From contig OZ244112.1 of NCBI GenBank assembly GCA_965215675.1, positions 2,994,352-3,058,351 of the forward strand: a stretch of 64,000 nucleotides of DNA, written 5' to 3'. The position numbers and the translations under genes were made by a program. The stretch comes from Dehalococcoidia bacterium (GTDB taxonomy: Bacteria > Chloroflexota > Dehalococcoidia > Lucifugimonadales > UBA3495). This document shows positions 34,026 through 44,433 of the stretch, one piece after another. The notes under the pieces are model-generated. The model was not told the origin of the DNA. It worked only from the letters and a program-made list of their open reading frames with translations, and ran no database searches. Positions within the stretch are counted from its first letter, which is position 1. The number at the start of each line of letters is the position of its first letter.

Positions 34026-35378
34026 ATGTCCACTGCCGGATCCGCCGGCCCGTCCAAAGAAGAACTGAAACGCAGAGCGACGGAGGCCATAGACTCACGC
34101 TCAGACGAACTGGTCTCATTGTCAAAGGCGATCCTGGAAAATCCGGAACCCGGATTTCGTGAGACCAAGACAGCACGGCTGGTGGCCAGCAAGTTCGCGG
34201 ACTTGGGAATGCCCTCAAGGGTTGGACTGGCATTGACCGGGGTGCGGGCCGACCTGGTGGGAGGGAGCCCGGGTCCAGCACTGGCAATCATCGGCGAGTT
34301 GGACTCCCTCATCGTAAACGAGCACCCCCACGCCGACAGTGGCACCGGCGCAGCGCACGCATGCGGCCACCACTGCCAGATAGGCATGATCGTGGGAGCG
34401 GCCATGGGACTGATTCAGTCCGACGTGCTGGAGTCTCTCAGCGGGAGGCTGGCATTCATGGCCGTTCCCGCCGAGGAATACATCGAGATCGAATACCGGG
34501 ATGGGTTGCGTCGGCAGGGCAAGCTGGAGTTCCTTGGCGGCAAGCCAGAGCTCGTGAAGCTGGGAGAGTTCGACGACATCGACCTGGCAATGATGTGCCA
34601 CACGACCTCCAACCCCGACGAAAGACAGCTCTGTATCAGCGGTGAGAACAACGGAACGCTGGCGAAGAAGATACAGTTCCTGGGCCGGGGGGCCCACGCG
34701 GGAGGCGCACCGCACCTCGGAATCAACGCGTTGAATGCGGCCAGCCTCGCAATTTCGGCGATTCACTACAACCGAGAAACGTTCAGAGACAGCGACAGCA
34801 TTCGGGTGCACCCCATCATCACCAAGGGTGGGGAGGCGGTCAGCGCGGTTCCAGCCGATGTAAGGATGGAAACGTTTGTGCGGGGCCGTACTCTGGACGC
34901 TATCATGGACGCCAACACCAAGGTGGACCGGGCTCTGAAGGCCGGGGCCATGGCCGTGGGGGGCGACGTGGTGATCCAGACTATTCCCGGATACCTCCCC
35001 CTGCGCCAGAACTCAACTATGAACGACGTGTTCCGGGCCAACGCTCACGCCTTGGTCGGAGAAGAAAACACCGGCCACGTGGCCTATCGGGGCGGCTCCA
35101 CGGATATGGGCGACATCAGCCATCTGATGCCTGCCATCCATCCCTACGTCGGGGGCGCAACAGGTATCGGGCATGGCGCGGACTACGTGGTGCAGGATTA
35201 CAGCCTGGCAGTGATCACAGCCGCGAAGGCGCTCGCCTGCACCACAATTGATCTGCTTGCAGATGGAGCGCAGGTTGGCGGGAACATTGTTTCCAATCAC
35301 CGGCCAGAAATGACGAGGCCCGAATACCTCAAGTTCATGCGAAGCATGGCCAAGGAAGAAAGCTTCAAGGGCGCTTAA
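34026..35378 (+). CDS. M20 family metallo-hydrolase (amidohydrolase / AbgB-like), paralog 1
   Basis: ..NPEPGFRETKTA.., AHACGHH metal-binding motif and GGSTDMGD. ATG at 34026 is preferred over the long leader from 33879. Confidence 0.8.
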   Translation: MSTAGSAGPSKEELKRRATEAIDSRSDELVSLSKAILENPEPGFRETKTARLVASKFADLGMPSRVGLALTGVRADLVGGSPGPALAIIGELDSLIVNEHPHADSGTGAAHACGHHCQIGMIVGAAMGLIQSDVLESLSGRLAFMAVPAEEYIEIEYRDGLRRQGKLEFLGGKPELVKLGEFDDIDLAMMCHTTSNPDERQLCISGENNGTLAKKIQFLGRGAHAGGAPHLGINALNAASLAISAIHYNRETFRDSDSIRVHPIITKGGEAVSAVPADVRMETFVRGRTLDAIMDANTKVDRALKAGAMAVGGDVVIQTIPGYLPLRQNSTMNDVFRANAHALVGEENTGHVAYRGGSTDMGDISHLMPAIHPYVGGATGIGHGADYVVQDYSLAVITAAKALACTTIDLLADGAQVGGNIVSNHRPEMTRPEYLKFMRSMAKEESFKGA

Positions 35379-35380
35379 TT

Positions 35381-36730
35381 ATGTTGACTGTTCAAGAGCT
35401 GAAGCAACGTGCCTGTGAGACCATCGACAAACGCAAGAGGGATATCATAGGAGTCGCTCAGCAGGCCCTTTCCCACCCCGAAGCCGGCTTCCGAGAGCAT
35501 CGCACGGCAGGCCTCGTTGCCCAGAAGTTCAACGAACTGCAGATCCCACACCAAAGTGGACTGGCCCTGACAGGACTCAAGGGCAGGATTCCGGGGGGAG
35601 CCGGTTCCGGCCCAAGGGTGGCCCTGATCGGCGAACTGGACTCGCTGGTGGTAACCGAGCATCCTCACGCCGACCCAGAGACGGGGGCAGCCCACGCTTG
35701 CGGCCATCACTGCCAGTTGGGCATGATGCTGGGGGCCACGATGGGTCTGCAGACCCCGGAAGTATTGTCGCAGCTGTCCGGCGAGATCGTGCCGTTCGCG
35801 GTGCCCGCCGAAGAATTCATCGAGGTCGAGCAGAGGCTGGAGCTGCGGTCACAGAAAAAGCTGGAGTTCATGGGAGGCAAGCAGGAACTCATCCGGCTAG
35901 GGCATTTCGACGATGTGGACATCGCCATGATGTGCCATACCGCAAGCGACATGGGCGAGCGCAAGTTCGCCATTGGTGGCACCAGCAACGGCCACGTAGT
36001 CAAGTACATCCGCTACATCGGTCGCGGAGCCCACGCCGGCAGTTCTCCACACCTGGGCATAAACGCGCTCAACGCCGCCTCTTTCGCAATGCAGGCCATC
36101 AACGCCACGAGGGAGACGCACCGCGCCGAAGACACTGTGCGCATCCACGGGATCATGACCAAGGGCGGAGAGGCCGTGAACGCCGTCCCTTCCGAAGTGA
36201 AACTGGAGTGGCGAGTCCGGTCATCCACTCCGCAGGTCGTAGTCAAAAACTCGCAGGTCGTAGACCGCTGCTTCAAGTCAGGCGCGCTGGCCGTGGGAGC
36301 CCAGGTTGAGATCACGACGATCCCAGGCTACATGCCGATGCGCAACGATTCCAGGCTTCAGGAGCTATTCCGGCGTAATGCGGCCACGGTCGTGGGCGAA
36401 AATGGAACGATGGTCATGCCCGCCGGGCGCAACCGAGGTGGTTCCACCGACATGGGCGACCTCTCCCAGCTCATTCCCGCCATCCATCCATACACCGGCG
36501 GTGCGACCGGTCCCGGCCACAGCAAGAGCTACATCGTCACCGACTACGAGGTGGCAGTGATCAATCCTGCCAAGATAATGGCAATGGCAGTCATCGATCT
36601 GCTTTACGACGGCGCGAAACAGGCAAAAGAGGTCAAGTCGTCGTTCAAGGCGGCGATGTCCCGAAGCGCCTACCTGCGATTTCAGCGGGAACAGGCGCAG
36701 TCGGCCCGCTTCGACGGCGCCGCTGCGTAG
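35381..36730 (+). CDS. M20 family metallo-hydrolase (amidohydrolase / AbgB-like), paralog 2
   Basis: Collinear with the upstream paralog (HPEAGFREHRTA, AHACGHH, GGSTDMGD). It starts 2 nt after the previous stop. Confidence 0.8.
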   Translation: MLTVQELKQRACETIDKRKRDIIGVAQQALSHPEAGFREHRTAGLVAQKFNELQIPHQSGLALTGLKGRIPGGAGSGPRVALIGELDSLVVTEHPHADPETGAAHACGHHCQLGMMLGATMGLQTPEVLSQLSGEIVPFAVPAEEFIEVEQRLELRSQKKLEFMGGKQELIRLGHFDDVDIAMMCHTASDMGERKFAIGGTSNGHVVKYIRYIGRGAHAGSSPHLGINALNAASFAMQAINATRETHRAEDTVRIHGIMTKGGEAVNAVPSEVKLEWRVRSSTPQVVVKNSQVVDRCFKSGALAVGAQVEITTIPGYMPMRNDSRLQELFRRNAATVVGENGTMVMPAGRNRGGSTDMGDLSQLIPAIHPYTGGATGPGHSKSYIVTDYEVAVINPAKIMAMAVIDLLYDGAKQAKEVKSSFKAAMSRSAYLRFQREQAQSARFDGAAA

Positions 36731-36841
36731 AAAGTCGACAGCCGGCTGGCTTTTAGAATTGCGCTGGCAGATTCAGGCGCTTGAATGATGGGTCGTACTC
36801 TCGTGTGCGACCTATTCAGCTTCCAGTGATGCCCTGTTCGA

Positions 36842-37477
36842 CTATGCTCCCATTGCCCACATGCCTACCCCAGCGATCAGAGGAATAGTCAGGTTGTCGT
36901 CGGGCGGGATTCCCGCGAGCTCCACCAGGGCTGCGATGGCTGCACTGGGCCACAGGGCCCAGTGGTGCACCAGGGCCCCGCTGGCCACGAGCACGCCTGC
37001 AATGGCGCATCCCGTGGCTGCGAATGCGATCGTCCCGCCGGGGGACTTTCCCTTCCACCGCGGGCCAGGCACTCGTCGGCCGACGAGTGCCGCCACTGGG
37101 TCGCCCAGCGCAAGGAAGAACATCACTGGAATGCCCACGTCCCTGCCGAAGAGCCAGAAAACCAACGTGGCCGCTATGAGCATATGCGTCGCCCCAGTCA
37201 GGCGCGCCTCCTCCTCGGTCTTGAGAAGGGGGGACATCAACTGCATATAGACGCGGTTTAGAGGACCTACGCCGAAGCGGGTGAGATCCAAGGCGATTGC
37301 TCCCCCAGCCAGGACCGCCAGAGCGATCAGAAATTCGCGTTCCGGGGTCCATATCGCCGCAGCGGGAACGGTGGAACCGGCGAGCAGGTGAAATAGGCGG
37401 CGCCAGATGGGAGGAGGCCCGGTCGGCCCGCTATGCTTCCTCCCCGCGTAAATCACCAGCTCGGCGAATTGCTTCAT
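36842..37477 (-). CDS. integral membrane polyprenol/diacylglycerol kinase-like protein (CdsA/dolichol-kinase superfamily)
   Basis: A multi-TM 211-aa protein with ..KGKSPGGTIAFAATG.. (the K-S-x-x-G-x-x-A-F motif of the CTP-transferase/kinase superfamily). Confidence 0.6.
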   Translation of the reverse strand: MKQFAELVIYAGRKHSGPTGPPPIWRRLFHLLAGSTVPAAAIWTPEREFLIALAVLAGGAIALDLTRFGVGPLNRVYMQLMSPLLKTEEEARLTGATHMLIAATLVFWLFGRDVGIPVMFFLALGDPVAALVGRRVPGPRWKGKSPGGTIAFAATGCAIAGVLVASGALVHHWALWPSAAIAALVELAGIPPDDNLTIPLIAGVGMWAMGA

Positions 37478-37605
37478 TGGATAGCATGCCCTGCTGGAGA
37501 GATTTGGGGGGCTACCGACGGCCCTGTGGAAAAACCGTCAGTCCCATTCAGGCCAGAAGCGATCGAGGGACAAGGATGGGAGACCTCCGTGGGTTCCGGG
37601 AGGTA

Positions 37606-38526
37606 TTAGAAATCAAAGGTGATTGAGTCGCCGGCCCGCCAGCGTATATCCCGAAACTCGGTGCCAACAGGGGCTTCGAAAATCAGGAACCCGTCCACAC
37701 CATGTCCTCGCTGCATCTCGAACGAGCCCTGGAGGAACCTCGTGGTACGGTCTATGTAGTCTCCATCCGCGACTGGGGCGGCCACCCGAAGTGCCGCGGG
37801 GCGCTCCGTGCCGTCCTCGCCACTGCATGCGTAACCGTACGTGCCCTCTTGGCCGAAGCTGTACGACAGCGAAGATTCCGGAGCAATGTCAACCTTTCCT
37901 TCAGGACCCACCGCTACGGACGAGTCCTCAAAGGCCACTACCTGGTTCTCAGCGGACTCGCTTTGCCACCTGACCGATGAGCCCACGTCTATGAGGGCGC
38001 GCGTACCATCGAAGCAGTCACCCTGGTTGATCCTGACGACCGCCTCTTCTGCTCCGCGAAAGTCTTGCCACGCGGTCTCGGAGACTGGCAGCGGGGAAAA
38101 GGTGGCGTTGGCAAAGTCTCGCAACTCTGCAGCTTCCCGACCCACGTTTATGATGGCGCTGACGGCGGTATGATTTTCCACCTTGGCCCTCACCAGCACT
38201 AGTTCCAGGCCAGGAGCCGAGGGGGAGATACTCCATTGGCGTTCCTCGCCGACGGGATCACAGACTGGCGGGGTTGACCCCTCCAGCACATCGCAGGTTG
38301 CGTAGCGCAACTCCGATGTCCGCTCCACGCTGACGACGCTGAAGTGGAGGGTCCTGCCCTGCCTGTATTGGCCCAGCGTCGAGGATTCCGAGGTGCACGA
38401 CATCAAGGCAGCTGCCGCCAGGCAGGCCAGCAAGACGGCAAAGGTGATCGCCACATATTTTCTGGGGATGGGGACGGCCATGGTGTTGCTTGCCTGGAGT
38501 TTCCTTGTAAGCCTGAGGAATATCAT
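37606..38526 (-). CDS. exported lipoprotein, DUF4352-like plus cupredoxin-like segments (hypothetical)
   Basis: Lipobox ALMSC. The stretch ..[12 protein letters not shown].. resembles DUF4352, and the C-terminal ..GTYGYACSG.. resembles cupredoxin. Its ATG overlaps the cysteine desulfurase stop (ATGA). Confidence 0.5.
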   Translation of the reverse strand: MIFLRLTRKLQASNTMAVPIPRKYVAITFAVLLACLAAAALMSCTSESSTLGQYRQGRTLHFSVVSVERTSELRYATCDVLEGSTPPVCDPVGEERQWSISPSAPGLELVLVRAKVENHTAVSAIINVGREAAELRDFANATFSPLPVSETAWQDFRGAEEAVVRINQGDCFDGTRALIDVGSSVRWQSESAENQVVAFEDSSVAVGPEGKVDIAPESSLSYSFGQEGTYGYACSGEDGTERPAALRVAAPVADGDYIDRTTRFLQGSFEMQRGHGVDGFLIFEAPVGTEFRDIRWRAGDSITFDF

Positions 38527-39728
38527 GAACCGGCAGTGGTCAGACTGGGCAACTGACGCAGCCGTTCCACCAGATCTACGAGAACGTCGAGCAGATAATC
38601 AACCTGCTCATCGGTGTTGTCCTTGCCCAGGGTGAGACGGAGGCTGCCCCTGGCCACCTCGGCCGATTGTCCCAGGGCCAAGAGGACGTGGGAGGGCTCC
38701 AGAGATCCCGAGCTGCAAGCGCTGCCGCTGGAGGCAGCGACTCCTGCCATGTCCAGCCCCAGCAGGATGGGCTCGCCCTCGACCCCGGGAAAGGAAAAGT
38801 TGGCGTTATTGGGGAGTCTCTGGGTCGGATGGCCGTTCAGGCGGCTACCCCGCACCCGCGCCAGTACCTGATCTACGATGCGGTCCCTCAGGGCAGCACA
38901 ATGGCGGCTGGACTCCTCTCGCTGCGAGTTGGCGGTCTCAAGCGCCACCGACAACCCCACTATTCCTGGGATGTTTTCGGTGCCGGAACGGCGTTCGCGT
39001 TCCTGTCCGCCGCCCAGCAGGAATGGGAGAAAGGGTGCCCCACGGCGTATGAACAGCACTCCCGTTCCCTTCGGGCCGTGAAACTTGTGCCCAGACAGGC
39101 TGAGCAAGTCGACCCCGAGCTTCCTCACGTCAAGGTCGAGGTAGCCGGCCGCCTGAACCGCATCGGTGTGAAACAGGATGGTGCGGGAGAGGTCGGCAGC
39201 CCGCTGCTTGACCACCTGGGCGATTTCGGGAATGGGGTTGACCACACCAATCTCGTTGTTGGCGTACATCACGGAGACGAGGGTGGTCCTGTCGGTAATC
39301 GCCCTCGATACGGCATCCGGCTGGACTATCCCGTCAGAATCCACAGGGAGGTAGGTAACATCGTAGCCCTGCGACTCAAGGTGCTGACAAGTGTGCAGAA
39401 CGGCGTGATGCTCCACGCTGGTCGTAATGATGTGGTTGCCGGTCTCCTGCAGGGCTGTGGCGACGCCCACGATAGCAGCGTTGTCCGATTCTGTGCCGCC
39501 GCCGGTGAACACCACCTCCCGGGCACGACAGTTAAGCACCCGCGCCACCCGGTCGCGCGCCTCGTCAAGGGCGTAGCGCGCCTGCTGGCCCACGGCGTGA
39601 ATACTTGAGGGATTGCCGAACAGTTCGGTGAAGTACGGGGTCATTGCCCGCAACACTTCGGGGGCAAGGGGAGTGGTGCCCGCGTGGTCCATGTAAACGA
39701 TGCCATCGGGAGCCCGGTTCTGCGTCAT
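38523..39728 (-). CDS. cysteine desulfurase (NifS/IscS class, PLP-dependent)
   Basis: YMDHAGTTP.., [12 protein letters not shown] (PLP lysine) and the SSGSACSS active-site Cys loop. Confidence 0.9.
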   Translation of the reverse strand: MTQNRAPDGIVYMDHAGTTPLAPEVLRAMTPYFTELFGNPSSIHAVGQQARYALDEARDRVARVLNCRAREVVFTGGGTESDNAAIVGVATALQETGNHIITTSVEHHAVLHTCQHLESQGYDVTYLPVDSDGIVQPDAVSRAITDRTTLVSVMYANNEIGVVNPIPEIAQVVKQRAADLSRTILFHTDAVQAAGYLDLDVRKLGVDLLSLSGHKFHGPKGTGVLFIRRGAPFLPFLLGGGQERERRSGTENIPGIVGLSVALETANSQREESSRHCAALRDRIVDQVLARVRGSRLNGHPTQRLPNNANFSFPGVEGEPILLGLDMAGVAASSGSACSSGSLEPSHVLLALGQSAEVARGSLRLTLGKDNTDEQVDYLLDVLVDLVERLRQLPSLTTAGS

Positions 39729-40000
39729 TCTCTTCAGCTATCTTCCAGTTTCAGGAAAGTAAAATCAAATGCAGGCGGTAACGACATTCTAGCACAGCGG
39801 GCCGACAGGCCCTAAGAATCAATCACTTAAAGCAGCGCTCATTCCAGGTGGTCGAGCGTTATTCCGGGACTGCATCCGGCCCTCTCAACCGTCATTGAGG
39901 CTCGACCCTTGGATCTACGCTATGGCTGGGATTATGGACAGTTCTGCGGGTCACGCCTGCTGGTTGGCCGGGTGCATTTGCCGGGCTGTGGCGTGGGGAT

Positions 40001-40135
40001 TTTGGGACAGACAATTTGGCCCTTTTTTCCATCCCATCCCATTTTTCCATTTTCACCCGTCCGTTAGTTACGGATTGGGCCGCGGGTGAATAAAATTTTG
40101 TTTCCGGCCCCATTCTGTACCATTGCGTGCCACTG
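40001..40135. repeat. Bipartite phased A/T-tract module with AAAATTTT core (copy A2)
   Basis: TTTTTTCCATCCCATCCCATTTTTCCATTTTCACCCG, then hairpin CACCCG..CGGGTG (40054-40088). AAAATTTT at 40092-40099 is followed by GTTTCCGGCCCCATTCTGTACCATTGCG. Collinear with 4241-4400. Confidence 0.55.
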
Positions 40136-40347
40136 GGCTTGTCCGGCCGGGCGACGGAGCCGTTGGGGGGTCTTGAGGGGCGTATGTCGGGGATCAAGCG
40201 CAGGATCCATGGTAGGGGCGCGTCATGCGGCTTGGTAAGGGGCACCTGTCAGCAGACTCTATTCGAGTTCCGAAGAGGAGCGGAGGGCGCGTCTCCTGTC
40301 GCGGTAGGTCTATTCTTAAAGCCGGCAAGCCGCTTCTTGAGAGATCC

Positions 40348-41094
40348 CTAGGGACGGTTTGACTTGGGATAGCTGCCGGTCGCCACGGACAGTAGGAAGA
40401 ATCCGATAACGGCGGCCCAGACGCCATCTATCCAGTTGTCCCAGACAACCACGTAGAGGACGCCCCCCACAATCATCAGCAGTCCGACCGCCTGTCCACA
40501 CCGGGCGGCCACCTGGGTGGCACGCAGGTGGCTTCCTGAACCGGCCCAGACTATGGCCCGCAACACGCGGCCGCCGTCGAGAGGAAAGCCCGGAATCATG
40601 TTAAAGACACCCACTGACAAATTACCCCAAGCCAGCATAAAGGCCACCATTTCGACCGGCGAGGCGTATCTCACGGACCACAGTCCGAACCCGGGGCTCA
40701 ACCAGATGAATATTCCTCCGGCTGCTATGGCCAGCGCGATGCTGGTCAGGGGGCCGACCACGGAAATCAGGAACTCCTCAGAGGGGCGTTCCGGTTCCCT
40801 GACCAAGTGGGAAACGCCGCCGAAAATGAACAGCGTGATCCCTGCTACCGGAATTCCCCGGCTGAGGGCCACAAGGCTGTGGGAGAGTTCGTGGGCCAGA
40901 ACCGACAGAAAGAACAGACACACTGTGATTATGGCCACCAGCCATTGCTGGTACACCGGCCACGGCGGGTAAAAGGAGTTGAAGCGGCTGGCCAGCAGAT
41001 AGGTCAGCAGCAGGAAAATGACAACCCAGGTGATATTGATCTCGACCGGGATGCCAAACACCCGGCCCAGCCTTAGGGACTTACCCATGTTCAA
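40348..41094 (-). CDS. site-2 protease family (M50) membrane metalloprotease
   Basis: HELSHSL (HExxH) in TM context, with multiple TM helices and a downstream ..NMIPGFPLDGG.. (LDG) motif. Confidence 0.85.
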   Translation of the reverse strand: MNMGKSLRLGRVFGIPVEINITWVVIFLLLTYLLASRFNSFYPPWPVYQQWLVAIITVCLFFLSVLAHELSHSLVALSRGIPVAGITLFIFGGVSHLVREPERPSEEFLISVVGPLTSIALAIAAGGIFIWLSPGFGLWSVRYASPVEMVAFMLAWGNLSVGVFNMIPGFPLDGGRVLRAIVWAGSGSHLRATQVAARCGQAVGLLMIVGGVLYVVVWDNWIDGVWAAVIGFFLLSVATGSYPKSNRP

Positions 41095-41211
41095 TAGAAA
41101 TCCAAAGGGGCGTTACTACCACAAGGATACCAAATCGAGGCAGCGGGAGAATCAACAGATTCTCAAGCACATTCGAATGAGTTAGCCGAGGAGTTGTAGG
41201 AAAGGAATTGC

Positions 41212-42198
41212 TCAGATGGAAGGGGGAAGGGCGGTGGAATATGCGGCCAGCTTGCCGACCAAGCGGGCGGCGGTATATGTGCACGCAACGGGCCCTTCGG
41301 CCGGCGCAAGTTCGCATACGTCGAACCCGACAATTCGCTTCGTCTCAGCGACCCTCCGTAAGAGAGAGGTAACCTGCATCCAAGTGAGGCCGCCGGGCTC
41401 AGGCGTGCCAACGGCTGCCATGACAGATGGGTCGAACACATCCAGGTCGACGCTGACATACACTTCATCGCCGAGGGCGGCGATTATGTCGTCCGCGGGG
41501 AGCGGGCGACCGTCGTCCGGGCACGGCCAGACCGGGATGTGGTTTTCGCGGATGAAGTCGCGCTCCTCGATGGAGAGGCTCCTCACACCAGCCAGAACGA
41601 CTGGGCAAAGGTCAAACACGCGGCGCGCGCCCGAGGCGTGGCCCCACTGTGTGCCCTGGTACTCGTCGCGCAGGTCAGCGTGAGCGTCGAGATAGAGGAC
41701 AGTAAGGGAGGGATAGGCGTCGAAGTGCGCCTCAACGCTGCCAGACGTCAAGGAGTGCTCGCCTCCCAACACACCGACCACGCGATTAGGCGCGATACAG
41801 GACGCGACGGCCCGGCGGACGCGTTCCTTCATCGCTTCCGGCCCAGCCATGTGCGGTTCCAGGGCCGGCGTTGTGTGGATACCCAGTTCCGCCACGTCCA
41901 GGTCCAGCTCTGGGTCATAGTCTTCCATCTGGGCGGAAGCAGTGATCATGCCTGCGGGACCATCCCGGGCGCCACCACGAAAGGAGGTGGTGCTGTCGTA
42001 GGGGACAGGGATGAGGATGATGCGAGCGGTTTCCAGGAAGGATTGTTCGGGGGTCAGGGCGAGGAAATTCGGGTGAACCCAGTGCAGTTCAGAGGCGGCA
42101 GCTCCGGAGGCCGCCGGGGCGGAGCGATCGTGCTCGCTCCGAGCAGGGGACGGAGGTTCAGGCACGAGAGATTCCGGGGCGTCCCATCTCAATCTCAT
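41212..42198 (-). CDS. speB: agmatinase / arginase-family ureohydrolase
   Basis: ..ILIPVPYDSTTSFRGGARDGP.., GGEHS and DAHADL Mn-binding motifs, and SVDLDVFDP. Confidence 0.85.
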   Translation of the reverse strand: MRLRWDAPESLVPEPPSPARSEHDRSAPAASGAAASELHWVHPNFLALTPEQSFLETARIILIPVPYDSTTSFRGGARDGPAGMITASAQMEDYDPELDLDVAELGIHTTPALEPHMAGPEAMKERVRRAVASCIAPNRVVGVLGGEHSLTSGSVEAHFDAYPSLTVLYLDAHADLRDEYQGTQWGHASGARRVFDLCPVVLAGVRSLSIEERDFIRENHIPVWPCPDDGRPLPADDIIAALGDEVYVSVDLDVFDPSVMAAVGTPEPGGLTWMQVTSLLRRVAETKRIVGFDVCELAPAEGPVACTYTAARLVGKLAAYSTALPPSI

Positions 42199-42601
42199 TC
42201 TCGAGGGCGGACCGCTGCGCCTGCGACTCCCTCAGTCCCTGGCGTTCGTCCAGCCACTCGAGGCCGCGGTCAAGCAGCCACGTTTGGATATCGTCAAGGT
42301 CGAAGAGCTTCTTGACGTCCTCCAGGGCACGGTCGTGGTCGAAGGGGCGGCAGGAGAAGATATCGATATTGACGTAGTTCTTCCTGGGAAAGGTGTGGAT
42401 GCTGATGTGGCTTTCGGCGATGATCACGAAACCGGTAACGCCTGAATCCTCCGGCTTGGGTGCGTCGTATACCAACACGCGGGGTTCGGTGATACGAGTC
42501 ATCTCCAGCGCGTCGGGGTAATCGGTCAAGAATTGACGAACCAGGGCATCGTCCCACATCTTGCTAGAATTTCCGCCGAATCCGTCAATTACCAGGTGCA
42601 T
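42158..42601 (-). CDS. pyruvoyl-dependent decarboxylase of the SpeH/AdoMetDC class 1 family (AdoMet or arginine decarboxylase)
   Basis: MHLVIDGFG..GFVIIAESHISIHTFP contains the E-S self-cleavage site. ATG at 42601 has a GGGGGTGAG SD. The 3' end overlaps the agmatinase start by 41 nt. Confidence 0.8.
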   Translation of the reverse strand: MHLVIDGFGGNSSKMWDDALVRQFLTDYPDALEMTRITEPRVLVYDAPKPEDSGVTGFVIIAESHISIHTFPRKNYVNIDIFSCRPFDHDRALEDVKKLFDLDDIQTWLLDRGLEWLDERQGLRESQAQRSALENEIEMGRPGISRA

Positions 42602-42768
42602 CTCACCCCCGCGCACGGTCTCAAAAGAAGACAATATCAAGATAGGTATGGTTGGCAAAAGCAGTTACATACAATATCATTTGTCGGATTCGAATACAAA
42701 CATTTCGGTTTTCGTGAGCCGAGCCTTCAACCCGGCCTCTCCATAGCGACAGGCGCAGGCAGGTTACC

Positions 42769-43716
42769 GTGCAAGCTCCAATGATCCAGGCAAACGATGT
42801 TACACATTACTATGGCCCTTACCCGGCCATACAGGACGTCAACTTCGACGTACGGAAGGGCGAGGTGCTGGGGTTTCTGGGTCCCAACGGCGCCGGAAAG
42901 ACCACAACAATGCGTATACTGACAGGGTTCCTGCCGCCGTCCAGAGGGTCGGTGACCCTGGACGGGTATGACGTGGTGGAGAAGTCGCTGGAGGTCCGCA
43001 GGCGGGTGGGCTACCTGCCCGAGACTGTGCCCCTATACACCGACATGACGGTTACCAACTATCTGAAATACATGGGAACTCTCCGTGGAATGCCGGGCGG
43101 GCGCATACGTTCGCGACTGGATGACGTCATCGGCGTGTGCCGCCTCGGGGACTATCGCAAGACGCAGATCGGCAAGCTCTCAAAGGGGTTCAGGCAGCGA
43201 GTGGGGATCGCCCAAGCCATCATCCACGAGCCGGAAGTGCTGGTACTGGACGAGCCGACCATTGGCATCGATCCGATCCAGGTGGTGGAGACTCGCAGCC
43301 TGATCCAGGAACTTGGACGGGAGCAGACGGTGGTGCTCAGCAGCCACATACTGCCTGAGGTGAGCATGATCTGCGAGCGGGTGCTCATCATCCACGAGGG
43401 CCGCATCGTAGCTGAGGATACCCCGCAAAACCTGGCGCAAGGGCTCCAGGGTGTGGAGCGTCTGGAGGTGGAGGTGGCCGGGCCGTCCGCCGAGGTGCTG
43501 CCTGCCCTGCAGAAAATCGACGGGGTGATCAGCGTGAACCATCGCAACGTGCAGGGCCGCCACACCTACATCATCCAGGCCCAGGCTGGCCGCGACCTGA
43601 GAGACGACATATCTCGTAACGTCATAAGCAACGGTTGGAGCCTGCGGGGGATGCAGATGGTCGGCATGAGCCTTGAGGAGATTTTTCTCCGCCTCACCAC
43701 CCAGGAGGACCTCTAA
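42769..43716 (+). CDS. ABC transporter ATP-binding protein (ABC-2 / GldA-like)
   Basis: Walker A GPNGAGKTT, signature LSKGFRQR and Walker B VLVLDEP. The start may be ATG 42781 rather than GTG 42769. Confidence 0.9.
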   Translation: MQAPMIQANDVTHYYGPYPAIQDVNFDVRKGEVLGFLGPNGAGKTTTMRILTGFLPPSRGSVTLDGYDVVEKSLEVRRRVGYLPETVPLYTDMTVTNYLKYMGTLRGMPGGRIRSRLDDVIGVCRLGDYRKTQIGKLSKGFRQRVGIAQAIIHEPEVLVLDEPTIGIDPIQVVETRSLIQELGREQTVVLSSHILPEVSMICERVLIIHEGRIVAEDTPQNLAQGLQGVERLEVEVAGPSAEVLPALQKIDGVISVNHRNVQGRHTYIIQAQAGRDLRDDISRNVISNGWSLRGMQMVGMSLEEIFLRLTTQEDL

Positions 43717-43718
43717 CG

Positions 43719-44432
43719 ATGCGAACAGTCCGGGCAGTAGCCTGGAAAGAAATCCAGATCTTTTTCCTGAGTCCCACGGCTTACATAGTTGGCCTGATAT
43801 TCCTAGCCCTCGCTGGTTTCTTCTTTTCCCGCGACCTCGGCGACCCGTTCCCCGAGGCGACCCTGACCCCCTTCTTCCAAGGGGCAGTGGTCATATTCAT
43901 CCTCCTGGCGCCGGCCCTTACCATGCGCCTGATCGCGGAAGAGGCGAAGCTGGGAACCATCGAGCTTCTGTTGACCTCGCCGGTGCGGGACTGGGAGATA
44001 ATTCTTGGCAAATACATCGCCAGCCTGGTGTTCTTCCTCGCGCTGCTGGCAATGTCCGGGTTCTACGTCATCCTGCTCTTCGTCTACGCCAGTCCAGATC
44101 CCGGCCCCATTTACGCCGGATACCTGGGGCTGGCGCTGTATGGAGCCTCCGCCCTGGCAGTCGGGCTGCTGGCATCCACTTTGACCAACAACCAGATAGT
44201 GGCCGCCGTGGTTGCCATGGGCATCCTGCTGGCCCTGTTCTTTGCCGATCTGGCCTTTGGAGCGGTGGGCGGCGTTCCCGGCGAAATAATCGGAGAAATG
44301 GGTATGAAGAGCCACTTCGACGACTTCGACCGGGGCGTTATCGACACCAAGCACATCGTGTACTACGTCAGCGTCATCGCCTTCTTCCTTTTCCTCTCGG
44401 TGCGAGCGCTGGAATCCAGGCGGTGGCGCTAG
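43719..44432 (+). CDS. ABC-2 type transporter permease (GldF-like)
   Basis: 237 aa with six hydrophobic segments, immediately after the ATPase gene. Confidence 0.8.
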   Translation: MRTVRAVAWKEIQIFFLSPTAYIVGLIFLALAGFFFSRDLGDPFPEATLTPFFQGAVVIFILLAPALTMRLIAEEAKLGTIELLLTSPVRDWEIILGKYIASLVFFLALLAMSGFYVILLFVYASPDPGPIYAGYLGLALYGASALAVGLLASTLTNNQIVAAVVAMGILLALFFADLAFGAVGGVPGEIIGEMGMKSHFDDFDRGVIDTKHIVYYVSVIAFFLFLSVRALESRRWR

Positions 44433-44433
44433 C

